Shown: positions 1 to 7,810 of the stretch, in pieces
Layout: every line of letters begins with the position of its first letter
Position numbering within the stretch: position 1 is the first letter of the stretch
Assembly (NCBI GenBank): GCA_046881895.1
Contig: JBKSMR010000031.1
Coordinates: forward strand, 1 to 36,216
Length of the DNA stretch: 36,216 bases
Origin: Alphaproteobacteria bacterium
Lineage (GTDB): Bacteria; Pseudomonadota; Alphaproteobacteria; Rs-D84
Direction of reading: 5' to 3'
The notes under the pieces: generated by a model
Told to the model about the DNA's origin: nothing
Database searches by the model: none
The model's input: only the letters and a program-made list of their open reading frames with translations
Translations under genes and position numbers: made by a program

Positions 1-394
1 AAATAGATGTTGCACCAGATATTTTCGATTCCATTAGCATCAATCTAAATAATAAATTTTGTTGGTTTGATAATAATAAATATGTTGATACAGAAAACAG
101 TAAAAACATTAGCAATACTTGAGCTGTGTGTATTGTAATAAATGATGGTGTATCCATTTTTATTTTTGGAGCTTTTCTGATTGCAAAATAAATGCTTGCT
201 AGAATGCTTGCCGCAATCAGTGCAAATAATGAGTCAATTGGGAGTGTTTGTGATTCAGGATGGAAAAATTTGCCGATAAATGGATATAAAAACGACAATA
301 GCAATATCAGTGCAAGAGATATAATTGCGAATTTAAATGGCAGTTTTAATAACCATGTTGTTAGTGTTGTCTGTTTCATTTTGATTTTCTCCAT
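1..394 (-). CDS. Multi-pass membrane protein, C-terminus cut by the window edge (absent from the ORF track because no stop is reached)
   Basis: The reverse-strand frame is open from ATG 394 to position 2 with no stop. A second ATG at 379 is preceded by GGAGA. My translation reads MEKIKMKQTTLTTWLLKLPFKFAIISLALILLLSFLYPFIGKFF...LIAASILASIYFAI...VLLMFLLFSVSTYLLL and shows at least 3 hydrophobic helices. The gene starts 13 nt after the sufC stop on the same strand. Confidence 0.5.
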   Translation of the reverse strand, partial: MEKIKMKQTTLTTWLLKLPFKFAIISLALILLLSFLYPFIGKFFHPESQTLPIDSLFALIAASILASIYFAIRKAPKIKMDTPSFITIHTAQVLLMFLLFSVSTYLLLSNQQNLLFRLMLMESKISGATSI

Positions 395-406
395 GTTTAT
401 ATGGTG

Positions 407-1090
407 TTATTTTATCATAATTTTTCCATCAGATAAAGTTATTGTGTTTGTTGGTTGCACCATGTCTGTAAAAGCTTGTTGGTGACTGATAAATATAAAT
501 GTAGTGTTCGGCATAGACTTTATCGTATTTGCAATTGTTTGTTGCGTTTGTGTATCCGCACCAGAATCAGGTTCGTCCAATATCGCTAGCTTTGGTTGTG
601 TCAGAACTAATTGTAGCAACATAATCTTTTTTCGTTCTCCGCCAGAAAAACCAACATTTACGCTGCGGTTTAACCATTCACGTGGAATTTTTAGTTGGTC
701 TGTAGCGGTATTTAATTTTTCCAAAAATTCTGCCATAGATAAATCAAGGCCTGTATTGAAGTGTGTGTGGGCTGCACAAGAATGTTTTAAGAAACTTAAT
801 ACAGTTAGACCAGGGATTTCTGGCACATGTTGTGAGCCTAAGAAAATACCCATCAGAGCACGCGTTGTCGCATTTTCTTTTGTAATGTCAGATTTGTTAA
901 AAATAATTGTGCCTGAATCGGTTGTATACGATGGATTTCCTGCGATTGCGTTTGCAAGTGTGGATTTGCCAGAACCATTGTATCCTGCCAATAATACGCG
1001 TTCACCGGCGTTTATTTTTATGTTTATGTCGTGCAGTAGTGTCTTTTTAGATTCTGATAATGATACATTTAAATTTTTTATTTCTAGCAT
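407..1090 (-). CDS. sufC: Fe-S cluster assembly ATPase SufC
   Basis: 227 aa. Walker A is GYNGSGKST, the ABC signature is FSGGERKK and Walker B is LAILDEPDSG. SufC-typical segments are NPSYTTDSGTIIF and IFLGSQHVPEIPG. It sits 2 nt downstream of sufB. Confidence 0.9.
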   Translation of the reverse strand: MLEIKNLNVSLSESKKTLLHDINIKINAGERVLLAGYNGSGKSTLANAIAGNPSYTTDSGTIIFNKSDITKENATTRALMGIFLGSQHVPEIPGLTVLSFLKHSCAAHTHFNTGLDLSMAEFLEKLNTATDQLKIPREWLNRSVNVGFSGGERKKIMLLQLVLTQPKLAILDEPDSGADTQTQQTIANTIKSMPNTTFIFISHQQAFTDMVQPTNTITLSDGKIMIK

Positions 1091-1092
1091 GT

Positions 1093-2421
1093 TTAATCCT
1101 TTGACAAAGCCATTTGGATAAGTTGTTTTGATTCAACTAAAAATTCCATCGGCAGGCGTGATAATACAGGTGTTGCTGTTGCACCGATAATAAGTGCAAT
1201 TGCAGCATCGGTTTCGATACCTGCCATATTCAAGTAATTTAATGTTGTTGCGTCAATTGTGCCTGTGGTCGCTTCGTGTGATTGCTGATTGTTTATGCCA
1301 TTGTGTATAATGCGTGGCAGGGTGTTCACAACAGCTGTATTGTCAATTAAACGACTGTCGCATTTTGATGCGTTTTTACAATCGTTCCCAGAAAAAGAAA
1401 CAAGACTTCTGAATGTTTGTTCTGATACGTCACTCGCAACACCATATGATACAATATTTGAGGTTGTGTTGTTGCCTATATGTATCATTTTTGTCCCTGT
1501 GTCTGCCATTTGTGCACCACGTGTAAGTGATAGTGAGAAAAAGTCGCTATACGCATTGTTTCCGCGTAAAATTGTTGAAGGATATTTCCATGTAAGGGCA
1601 GAACCGACTTCGACTTGGGTCCATAATAATTTGGCGTTATTATCGCATCTGCCACGTTTAGTTACAAAGTTTAATATGCCACCAGTATTCTTTTTACCAT
1701 CAAATTCACCTGCGAACCAGTTTTGCACAGTTGAATATTTTACAGTTGCGTCATCGTGGACTATAATTTCAACGACACCACTGTGTAATTGGTGACGTGT
1801 TCTGCGTGGTGCACTGCAGCCCTCCATGTATGTTAATTCGGCACCAGTGTCGGCAATGATAAGCGTGCGTTCAAATTGACCAATTTTTGCGGTTTCTATC
1901 CTGAAAAAACTGGCCAAGTCAATAGGGCATTTTGTGTGTGGTGGAACATATACAAAAGTGCCATCAGAAAACACACATGCATTTAATGCTGCAAAAAAAT
2001 TGTCTGATTGAGGAACAACTGTACCAAGGTACTTTTTGACTAAATCTGGGTGTTGTATTACCGCATCAGAAAAAGGCATAAATATTATACCGTGTTTTTG
2101 TAATTCTGCGGTGAAAGAGGTGTGTACAGAACGACTGTCAATAACAGTGTCTGTTGCCATCCCCATTAGTGCTTTTTTTTCGTTTTCAGGTAAACCCATT
2201 TTGTCATAGATTTTACCAAGGTCAGAATTGTCGATGTCTTTTGCTTCGTTATAATAATCTAGGTTATCATAATCTATTGGCGAATACTGTACTTTTCCCC
2301 AGTGTGGTTCGGACATATTTTTCCATGTGTTATATGCGTCCAGTCGCCATTGTAATAACCAGTCTGGCTCGTTGCGTTTAGCTGAGATTTCTCGTATAAG
2401 ATTATCAGACAGTTTTGCCAT
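1093..2421 (-). CDS. sufB: Fe-S cluster assembly scaffold SufB
   Basis: 442 aa. It carries the SufB core GQFERTLIIADTGAELTYMEGCSAPRRTRHQLHSGVVEIIVHDDATVKYSTVQNWF and the C-terminal ATTGTIDATTLNYLNMAGIETDAAIALII. Confidence 0.9.
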   Translation of the reverse strand: MAKLSDNLIREISAKRNEPDWLLQWRLDAYNTWKNMSEPHWGKVQYSPIDYDNLDYYNEAKDIDNSDLGKIYDKMGLPENEKKALMGMATDTVIDSRSVHTSFTAELQKHGIIFMPFSDAVIQHPDLVKKYLGTVVPQSDNFFAALNACVFSDGTFVYVPPHTKCPIDLASFFRIETAKIGQFERTLIIADTGAELTYMEGCSAPRRTRHQLHSGVVEIIVHDDATVKYSTVQNWFAGEFDGKKNTGGILNFVTKRGRCDNNAKLLWTQVEVGSALTWKYPSTILRGNNAYSDFFSLSLTRGAQMADTGTKMIHIGNNTTSNIVSYGVASDVSEQTFRSLVSFSGNDCKNASKCDSRLIDNTAVVNTLPRIIHNGINNQQSHEATTGTIDATTLNYLNMAGIETDAAIALIIGATATPVLSRLPMEFLVESKQLIQMALSKD

Positions 2422-2427
2422 TTATTA

Positions 2428-2970
2428 TTAGTTTGATTGTGTTGCCAGTTGTTTTGCTTGGGCAAAGAATGTTAATGATTGTCCCAATAGGCCATCTGTA
2501 AATGTATTTGCAAGTAAACCGTCTGGTTCGGTTGTTGTTAGATGATGCAGAAAGTTATCTGCACGACGCATATAATTGTCGATGTTGCGAGCGATTTCAG
2601 AATCTAGCTTTATGCTGCGGCGTAATTTTTCCAGTGCAAATGGATTTTTTGCATATTCGTCCATAATTCCGCCCAATGCACGCCATAGTGGATGTTCGGG
2701 TGTGTTGCGTGGCATGATGTCAATTGCGGCCATGACGGGAATCAGGTTTTGTAATAAATCTTGATAAATCATTTCTGCGTTTTCAGCAATTGCGTTTGTT
2801 GCATATTTGTTTTTTAGGATGGATTGCATTTTTACAATCAAGTTATATTGGTGTTCCAAAGTTTTTGTAATATTGGTCATGCGTGTGTTCATTTTGTAAA
2901 TGTAAAAGCCAATACTTGCAATTGTTGCAAATGTTAAGCCAAAAATTATGTAAATAATAATGTTTTGCAT
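2428..2970 (-). CDS. Hypothetical N-terminally membrane-anchored protein, first gene of the suf transcription unit
   Basis: The track ORF is 2428..3003. I prefer ATG 2970 (MQNIIIYIIFGLTFATIASIGFYIY) because AAGGA lies 7 nt upstream. There is one TM helix followed by a helical soluble domain. I recognise no family. Its stop is 6 nt before the sufB start. Confidence 0.55.
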   Translation of the reverse strand: MQNIIIYIIFGLTFATIASIGFYIYKMNTRMTNITKTLEHQYNLIVKMQSILKNKYATNAIAENAEMIYQDLLQNLIPVMAAIDIMPRNTPEHPLWRALGGIMDEYAKNPFALEKLRRSIKLDSEIARNIDNYMRRADNFLHHLTTTEPDGLLANTFTDGLLGQSLTFFAQAKQLATQSN

Positions 2971-3073
2971 GTTTTTTTCCTTGTTAAATTTTGTTTGTTG
3001 CAATCAGTATAACATCTTTTTGCGATTCGTGCGATTTTATCTTGCAATAATTTTGTTTAGGCGTTTTTAGGCC

Positions 3074-3102
3074 TTGCACAGATTCGGTCAAATTGTTATA
3101 AT
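3074..3102 (+). promoter_or_regulatory. Sigma70-type promoter (TTGCAC-N17-TATAAT) for the TcpQ-like/secretin operon
   Basis: cTTGCAC at 3074-3079, a 17-nt spacer and TATAAT at 3097-3102, 44 nt upstream of ATG 3146. The same CTTGCA(C) -35 recurs before dnaN, tolB and ftsE. Confidence 0.45.
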
Positions 3103-3145
3103 ATATTAAAATAAGTAACATGTTTTAGGGAAAGGAAGTCTTGAT

Positions 3146-4060
3146 ATGTTTCGTAAAATACTGATTTTTGCAATGTTTGCAACTGCTGCAGGCTATTGTT
3201 TTGCTGCAGATTTTTTGCCTCAGGTTGTCACATCAGAGGTTTTTTATGAACAGGAAAAAGATGTGGTCGAGGATAAATGGACAACTGTCGATACGACAGC
3301 GTACGATGTTGTTGATGTTGTCGAAACATATCGCGAGATTCCAGCGTGGCCAATTGCAGGATCAGAAGCAGATGTTGAGGTTTCTTGTGAAATGGGTGCG
3401 TGTTCTAAAAAGAAACAAAGTGATAATATCCGTATCGTTTCAAAAATAGGAACTGATTTGGTTGTTGAAAATGATTTTAATTTGGGTGTGCGTGGTACTG
3501 AATGGTCTGGTGGTGCGAATATGTTGCATGGTACACAAATTCCTGTTGGTTTTGATGACGAATGTAATTCTAATTCTGAAATGCCGTTACTGCATCGTGA
3601 GGTTTTAGAAGACGATGGTGGTAATGTTTTGACAGTATCTCGTAGTGGACGTAAGAATTGTGGCAGATATGCAGATAATTATGAAGCATTCGCAGTGAAG
3701 ATGAACATGAATCCGGAAAACAAGGATGTAGAAATTGTAGAGCAAGAAACAGAAATAGAGGTCGCGGAATCTGCTGATGCCCAGGCCCCAGCTGTCTTGA
3801 CAGACCAAGTTCGTTCATGGGTCGTTGCAAATGGTCAGACTTTGCGTGAAGTGTTGCAAAACTGGTGCAATAAAGAAGGATGGGATTTGGTATGGGCAAC
3901 GGCACGTGAATATCCAATAGAGGCAAGTGCAGTCTTCAAAGGTCGTTTCGTTGATGTTGCTTCTGCTTTGGTTCGTAACTTTGGACGTGCAACACCAATT
4001 CCATATGCAAAATTCTATAAAGGTAATAGAGTGTTGCTGATTTCTACAAGTGAAGAATAA
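3146..4060 (+). CDS. Secreted protein with a C-terminal TcpQ/PilL-like domain (putative secretin partner/pilotin)
   Basis: Signal peptide MFRKILIFAMFATAAGYCFA. The C-terminus WVVANGQTLREVLQNWCNKEGWDLVWATAREYPIEASAVFKGRFVDVASALVRNF...YKGNRVLLIST matches my memory of the TcpQ (toxin co-regulated pilus Q)/PilL domain pattern. It lies directly upstream of a lipoprotein secretin. Confidence 0.6.
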   Translation: MFRKILIFAMFATAAGYCFAADFLPQVVTSEVFYEQEKDVVEDKWTTVDTTAYDVVDVVETYREIPAWPIAGSEADVEVSCEMGACSKKKQSDNIRIVSKIGTDLVVENDFNLGVRGTEWSGGANMLHGTQIPVGFDDECNSNSEMPLLHREVLEDDGGNVLTVSRSGRKNCGRYADNYEAFAVKMNMNPENKDVEIVEQETEIEVAESADAQAPAVLTDQVRSWVVANGQTLREVLQNWCNKEGWDLVWATAREYPIEASAVFKGRFVDVASALVRNFGRATPIPYAKFYKGNRVLLISTSEE

Positions 4061-4093
4061 AACGCGTTTTATACATCGTAGGAGAATGTAAAT

Positions 4094-5722
4094 ATGATAA
4101 ATTTATTTAAAAAAGTTGTGATTTGTTTCTTGGGTGTTTTTGTGTTGGTTGGTTGTGCAACCAAAGATTCTGCCAAAGTTGCAGCATCTGTAGACAAAGA
4201 TTTTGTAAACGCGTATGAGGCTTTTGAAATGGCAAAAAATCCACGTGCCAAGGTTGCCAGCGGTGATACAGTTTCGATGTCCGAAGGTGTGTGGCTTGGG
4301 AATAAGTCTGTTGTATTGGAACATCGTAATAATTTGCCTTCTCAATTTGAAACAGATACAGGCGTAACAATTTTATTAAATGAACCTGTCTCTTTACAGG
4401 TTTTGGCCAATGATATTTATTCTGCAACGGGTATTCCTGTTAAAATAGATGGTCAAATTTCGACAGAAAAACTAAAAAAGATGGTAAATGTTGCATATAC
4501 AGGAAAATTGTCCGGTTTGCTGTCTCAGGTCGCAACCGATTTAGATTTGTTGTGGTATTATGATAAAAATGCAATTGTTTTTTATGAGACAGAAACAAAA
4601 ACGTTTACATTATATGCACTGGGAACCGAAGTTGCATATCAAACAGCCGTATCGACAGATGATTCAAATGAAGTATCTTTGGAATCGACTTTGAAAGAGT
4701 GGGATGAAGTAGAACAGGCGATTTCTTCTATTATAGGTAAAAGTGATAATGCAGACTTTACGGTTTCTCGCAGTCTAGGAACAATTACTGTGACTGCATC
4801 GCCATCAGTCTTGGCGCGTGTTGGTGAATATATTGAGCGTCAAAATAAACGCTTGTCACAGCTGATTACAATCGATGTTAAAGTTTTGCAGGTTACAATT
4901 TCTAATGATTCTGCATTTGGTTTGAATTTGGCCGCTGCTATAAATTCTACGTCAGGCTTGAATATTGTTGCAAATCCAAAGAATAATTTGGCATCAACAG
5001 AGGCAAGTTCAATGAATATTGCAGTCTTGTCAAATGCTGTGTCTGCATTGACTGGTGCTACCCATACAGAAGGTAATACTACTGTTGGTGGTGCATACTC
5101 ACAAGATGATATTATGAACGGTTCTTTGTCTGGTGTCGCTGGATCTAATGCTTTGATAGAAGCGTTGGCAAAGCAGGGCAAGGTATCATTGGTTACAAAT
5201 GTAGGCGTAACAACACGTAGCAATCGTGTCGCACCAGTAAGTAATACACGTAGTACAGGTTATATCAAACGTTTCGAATCTAGAAACTTTACAACGGTTG
5301 AATCAAGTACTGTCGATCAAGATGATTTGGAAACTGGTTTCACAATGCAGTTGTTGCCAAATGTGTTAGAAAACGGCAAGATTTTATTGTTGTTCCGTAT
5401 GTCTGTTCGTGAATTGTTGCGTATGTCAACCCAGACAATTGGTGAAGTAACATTGCAGTTGCCAGAGGTTGAAGAACGTAGCTTTATGCAAGAAGTAATT
5501 ATGGAATCTGGTCAGATGTTGGTTGTTTCAGGCTTTGAAAAACAGACCAGTCAAGATACTCGCTATGGTTTGGGAGATCCTGACTTTATGGCATTGTCTG
5601 GTTCACGTGAAACATCTGCAACTCGTGAAGTATTGGTTGTTATCTTGACACCACAAGTATTGGTCAGCCCAATGGATACGGAAAGAACGATACAGCAGCA
5701 TTGGGGTGCACCTCTAAATTAA
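4094..5722 (+). CDS. Lipoprotein secretin (type IVb pilus TcpC/BfpB/PilN-like outer-membrane channel)
   Basis: The lipobox is FVLVGC followed by ATKDS. The C-terminal secretin domain reads GKVSLVTNVGVTTRSNRVAPVSNTRSTGYI...GFTMQLLPNVLENGKILLLFRMSV...GQMLVVSGFEKQTSQDTRYGLGDP...REVLVVILTPQVL. The RBS is AGGAG. Confidence 0.8.
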   Translation: MINLFKKVVICFLGVFVLVGCATKDSAKVAASVDKDFVNAYEAFEMAKNPRAKVASGDTVSMSEGVWLGNKSVVLEHRNNLPSQFETDTGVTILLNEPVSLQVLANDIYSATGIPVKIDGQISTEKLKKMVNVAYTGKLSGLLSQVATDLDLLWYYDKNAIVFYETETKTFTLYALGTEVAYQTAVSTDDSNEVSLESTLKEWDEVEQAISSIIGKSDNADFTVSRSLGTITVTASPSVLARVGEYIERQNKRLSQLITIDVKVLQVTISNDSAFGLNLAAAINSTSGLNIVANPKNNLASTEASSMNIAVLSNAVSALTGATHTEGNTTVGGAYSQDDIMNGSLSGVAGSNALIEALAKQGKVSLVTNVGVTTRSNRVAPVSNTRSTGYIKRFESRNFTTVESSTVDQDDLETGFTMQLLPNVLENGKILLLFRMSVRELLRMSTQTIGEVTLQLPEVEERSFMQEVIMESGQMLVVSGFEKQTSQDTRYGLGDPDFMALSGSRETSATREVLVVILTPQVLVSPMDTERTIQQHWGAPLN

Positions 5723-5827
5723 AATAAATTATAATAATTCATCTGTGGACGGTCCCGATGGTTCATGTAGCGTCTGTACACTACACCATCAGGACCGTTC
5801 CACATTTAAATCATTCTAATTGATTTT
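5721..5827. repeat. Palindromic intergenic element, copy 1 (conserved flanks, variable 18/19-nt stem, conserved 22-nt core)
   Basis: The left flank AAAATAAATTATAATAATTCATCT (5721-5744) is identical to 22785-22808. The arms are 5745-5762 GTGGACGGTCCCGATGGT and 5785-5803 ACCATCAGGACCGTTCCAC. The core is 5763-5784 TCATGTAGCGTCTGTACACTAC. The right flank is ATTTAAATCATTCTAATTGATTTT. Confidence 0.75.
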
Positions 5828-5845
5828 GCTTATGGATTATTTTGT

Positions 5846-5877
5846 AAAAAAAAATTCCCCAATTGGGGAATTTTTTT
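5846..5877. terminator. Bidirectional rho-independent terminator (secretin operon / rpsT)
   Basis: AAAAAAAAATTCCCCAATTGGGGAATTTTTTT. It is a perfect palindrome with an A-tract and a T-tract, lying between convergent genes. Confidence 0.85.
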
Positions 5878-5891
5878 GTTCTGATTTTTTA

Positions 5892-6152
5892 TTAAGCAAT
5901 TTTTGATAATTTTTTTGCCAAACGAGAAATCTTACGTGCAGCACGTTTTTTTGGCATAATTTTGCCAGCAGATTTCATAATTTTGCTTTCTGCGTTACGT
6001 GTAGCAGTAGTTGCAGCAGCTTTGTCGCCAGATTCAATAGCGACCAACGCTTTTTTTGTTGCTGTTTTAACTGCACTACGACGTGCTGTATTGATTGCGT
6101 TCTTTTTGGCTGTTACCAAAATTCTTTTTTCAGATGACTTATGATTTGCCAC
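5892..6152 (-). CDS. rpsT: 30S ribosomal protein S20
   Basis: 86 aa, MANHKSSEKRILVTAKKNAINTARRSAVKT... This is the typical basic S20 sequence. Confidence 0.95.
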   Translation of the reverse strand: MANHKSSEKRILVTAKKNAINTARRSAVKTATKKALVAIESGDKAAATTATRNAESKIMKSAGKIMPKKRAARKISRLAKKLSKIA

Positions 6153-6225
6153 GTTATTTTCCTTTTATTTTCTATAAGTTTCTGATATTTTATAAAAAAC
6201 AAACATAAAATCAAGGAAAAATGAC

Positions 6226-6813
6226 ATGATTTATATTTTTACACTTATTATATCCTATTTGTTGGGGTCTATTCCTATGGGAATATTATTGACAAGAATG
6301 GCGGGCAAGGGCGATTTACGTCAGGTTGGCAGTGGTAACATCGGTGCAACAAATGTTATGCGTGTCGGTGGTTTGCGTATGGCAGGGCTGGTTTGGATTT
6401 TAGATATGTTAAAGGCAATTGTTGCTGTTTTTATCGGTAAATATGTCGCAGGTGATGCGTTTGGTGCCTGGTGCGGTTTTGTTGCAATTGTTGGTCATTG
6501 TTATCCAATTTGGTTAAAGTTCAAGGGTGGCAAGGGTATTTCTTCTTTGTTTGGTACATTGTTGGCGGTCAGTCCATTGTCCTTTGTTGTCTGTGGTGTT
6601 GAGTGGTTGTTGGTTGCATTGACTAGTGGGGTTTCTTCATTGGGTGCAACAGTTGTTTTTTGTTTAATTCCTGTATTGGGGTTTGCAATCAGTATAGATG
6701 TTGGTTTTGCGTTTTTGGCGATTGGGCTGCTGTGTATGTGGCGACATCGCGGAAATATAATTCGTTTGATTACTGGCAGTGAATCTAAGATAGAATGGAA
6801 ATGGAAAAAATAA
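6226..6813 (+). CDS. plsY: Glycerol-3-phosphate acyltransferase PlsY
   Basis: 195 aa with multiple TM helices. The PlsY motifs are LLGSIPMGILL, GSGNIGATNVMRVGG and FKGGKGISS. Confidence 0.92.
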   Translation: MIYIFTLIISYLLGSIPMGILLTRMAGKGDLRQVGSGNIGATNVMRVGGLRMAGLVWILDMLKAIVAVFIGKYVAGDAFGAWCGFVAIVGHCYPIWLKFKGGKGISSLFGTLLAVSPLSFVVCGVEWLLVALTSGVSSLGATVVFCLIPVLGFAISIDVGFAFLAIGLLCMWRHRGNIIRLITGSESKIEWKWKK

Positions 6814-6815
6814 AT

Positions 6816-6845
6816 AAAATCGGGTTTTATATGCCCGATTTTTTA
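6816..6845 (+). terminator. Rho-independent terminator after plsY
   Basis: AAAATCGGGttttatatgCCCGATTTTTT. Confidence 0.7.
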
Positions 6846-6912
6846 TTTGTTCTTTATTTTTTTGTCATTTTGTGGTATAATACAAAAGTATATTTATAAT
6901 GGATGGAGAGTT

Positions 6913-7749
6913 ATGAAAAAACTTCTGTTCTTGGGAATTATGTGTTTGTTGACGTCTAATTCAGTGGCTGCAACTGCGGCTCGTGGTCGTGTGTCTATGG
7001 CAGATCAGATGATGGCGACACCACGTGCGACTGTATCCAAGGCTCAGATTTCTGCAATGGCGGCAGCAAATGCTGTAAATACATCTGGTGGAATGACTGC
7101 AAGTTTGGCGGTTACGCCAGAATATATGTTGCCTGCAATTGATGCTGATCCACGCAAGGCTGAACGAGATGCCTGTGTGGCTAATAATATCGGAATTGGT
7201 AATACCTTTGTGTGGGCATCAAGATATAGTGATTTAAATGATTATTCTTCTATGGTCGAAGATATGGAAAATCCCGATAATAATGTTTGTTTTGTCAAGG
7301 TATCATTAAAATCAGATGACGATAGAATTGACCTTAGTGATGTAAGTGGAAAATATTTTCAGATAGGACAAAATATAGTTTGTGGTTCTTGGGTTGATAG
7401 GGCTGATATGGAAAAGCGTATCTTGGATGCTAAAAAGACTGCACGTGTTTTGGGAACGGTCGGTGCTGTGGTTGGCGGGGCTGGAATTGGTGTTGGTGCA
7501 ATGGAATTGTTTGGTAACGAACTAATCGGTGGCAAGGTAGAGGGCCAAAAGTCGATGAGTAATACTGCGTTCTGGCGTTCTAAAATATTGGAATTGAAAG
7601 AAACAGATAATGCAGAATACACAAAGATAATTAACACGTTGAGAGATTTTAAAACAGTCTGTGAAAGAGTTAGATACGATACAACAACAGAAATGTTAAT
7701 AAGCCAAAAGTGTAACGAGTTTGATGATTTATTTGATCTAGCAAAATAA
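6913..7749 (+). CDS. Hypothetical secreted/membrane protein with an internal glycine-zipper hydrophobic segment
   Basis: The track ORF starts at 6847. I prefer ATG 6913 (MKKLLFLGIMCLLTSNSVAATA, a signal peptide) after GGATGGAGAG. The later segment VLGTVGAVVGGAGIGVGAMELFG is glycine-rich and hydrophobic. I recognise no family. Confidence 0.6.
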   Translation: MKKLLFLGIMCLLTSNSVAATAARGRVSMADQMMATPRATVSKAQISAMAAANAVNTSGGMTASLAVTPEYMLPAIDADPRKAERDACVANNIGIGNTFVWASRYSDLNDYSSMVEDMENPDNNVCFVKVSLKSDDDRIDLSDVSGKYFQIGQNIVCGSWVDRADMEKRILDAKKTARVLGTVGAVVGGAGIGVGAMELFGNELIGGKVEGQKSMSNTAFWRSKILELKETDNAEYTKIINTLRDFKTVCERVRYDTTTEMLISQKCNEFDDLFDLAK

Positions 7750-7772
7750 AATCCGCATTTGCGGATTTTTTT
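7750..7772 (+). terminator. Rho-independent terminator
   Basis: AATCCGCatttGCGGATTTTTTT immediately after the stop codon. Confidence 0.75.
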
Positions 7773-7810
7773 ATTGGTTTTTAATCATATGAATATCGTA
7801 TAGTATAGTT

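Noticed and set aside
192-485. Plus-strand 97-aa ORF at the left end of the window.
   Set aside because: It lies antisense to a longer open minus-strand frame (1-394) that has a good SD/ATG and clear TM helices. It also overlaps the sufC 3' end, so it is probably a shadow ORF.
504-1795. Long antisense ORFs inside sufC and sufB (504..1121 + and 1289..1795 +). Similar ones occur inside the secretin (4840..5223 -), parE (11795..12190 +), dnaJ, uvrC, asmA (19702..20007 -) and ftsE.
   Set aside because: Each is fully embedded opposite a gene with strong family motifs. Their products are low-complexity or Cys/Phe-rich, as expected from reverse frames of AT-rich coding DNA.
3108-3125. A CtrA-box-like TTAA-N-TAAC upstream of the TcpQ-like gene.
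   Set aside because: The spacing is 6 rather than 7 and the second half-site is imperfect. In AT-rich DNA such matches are expected by chance.
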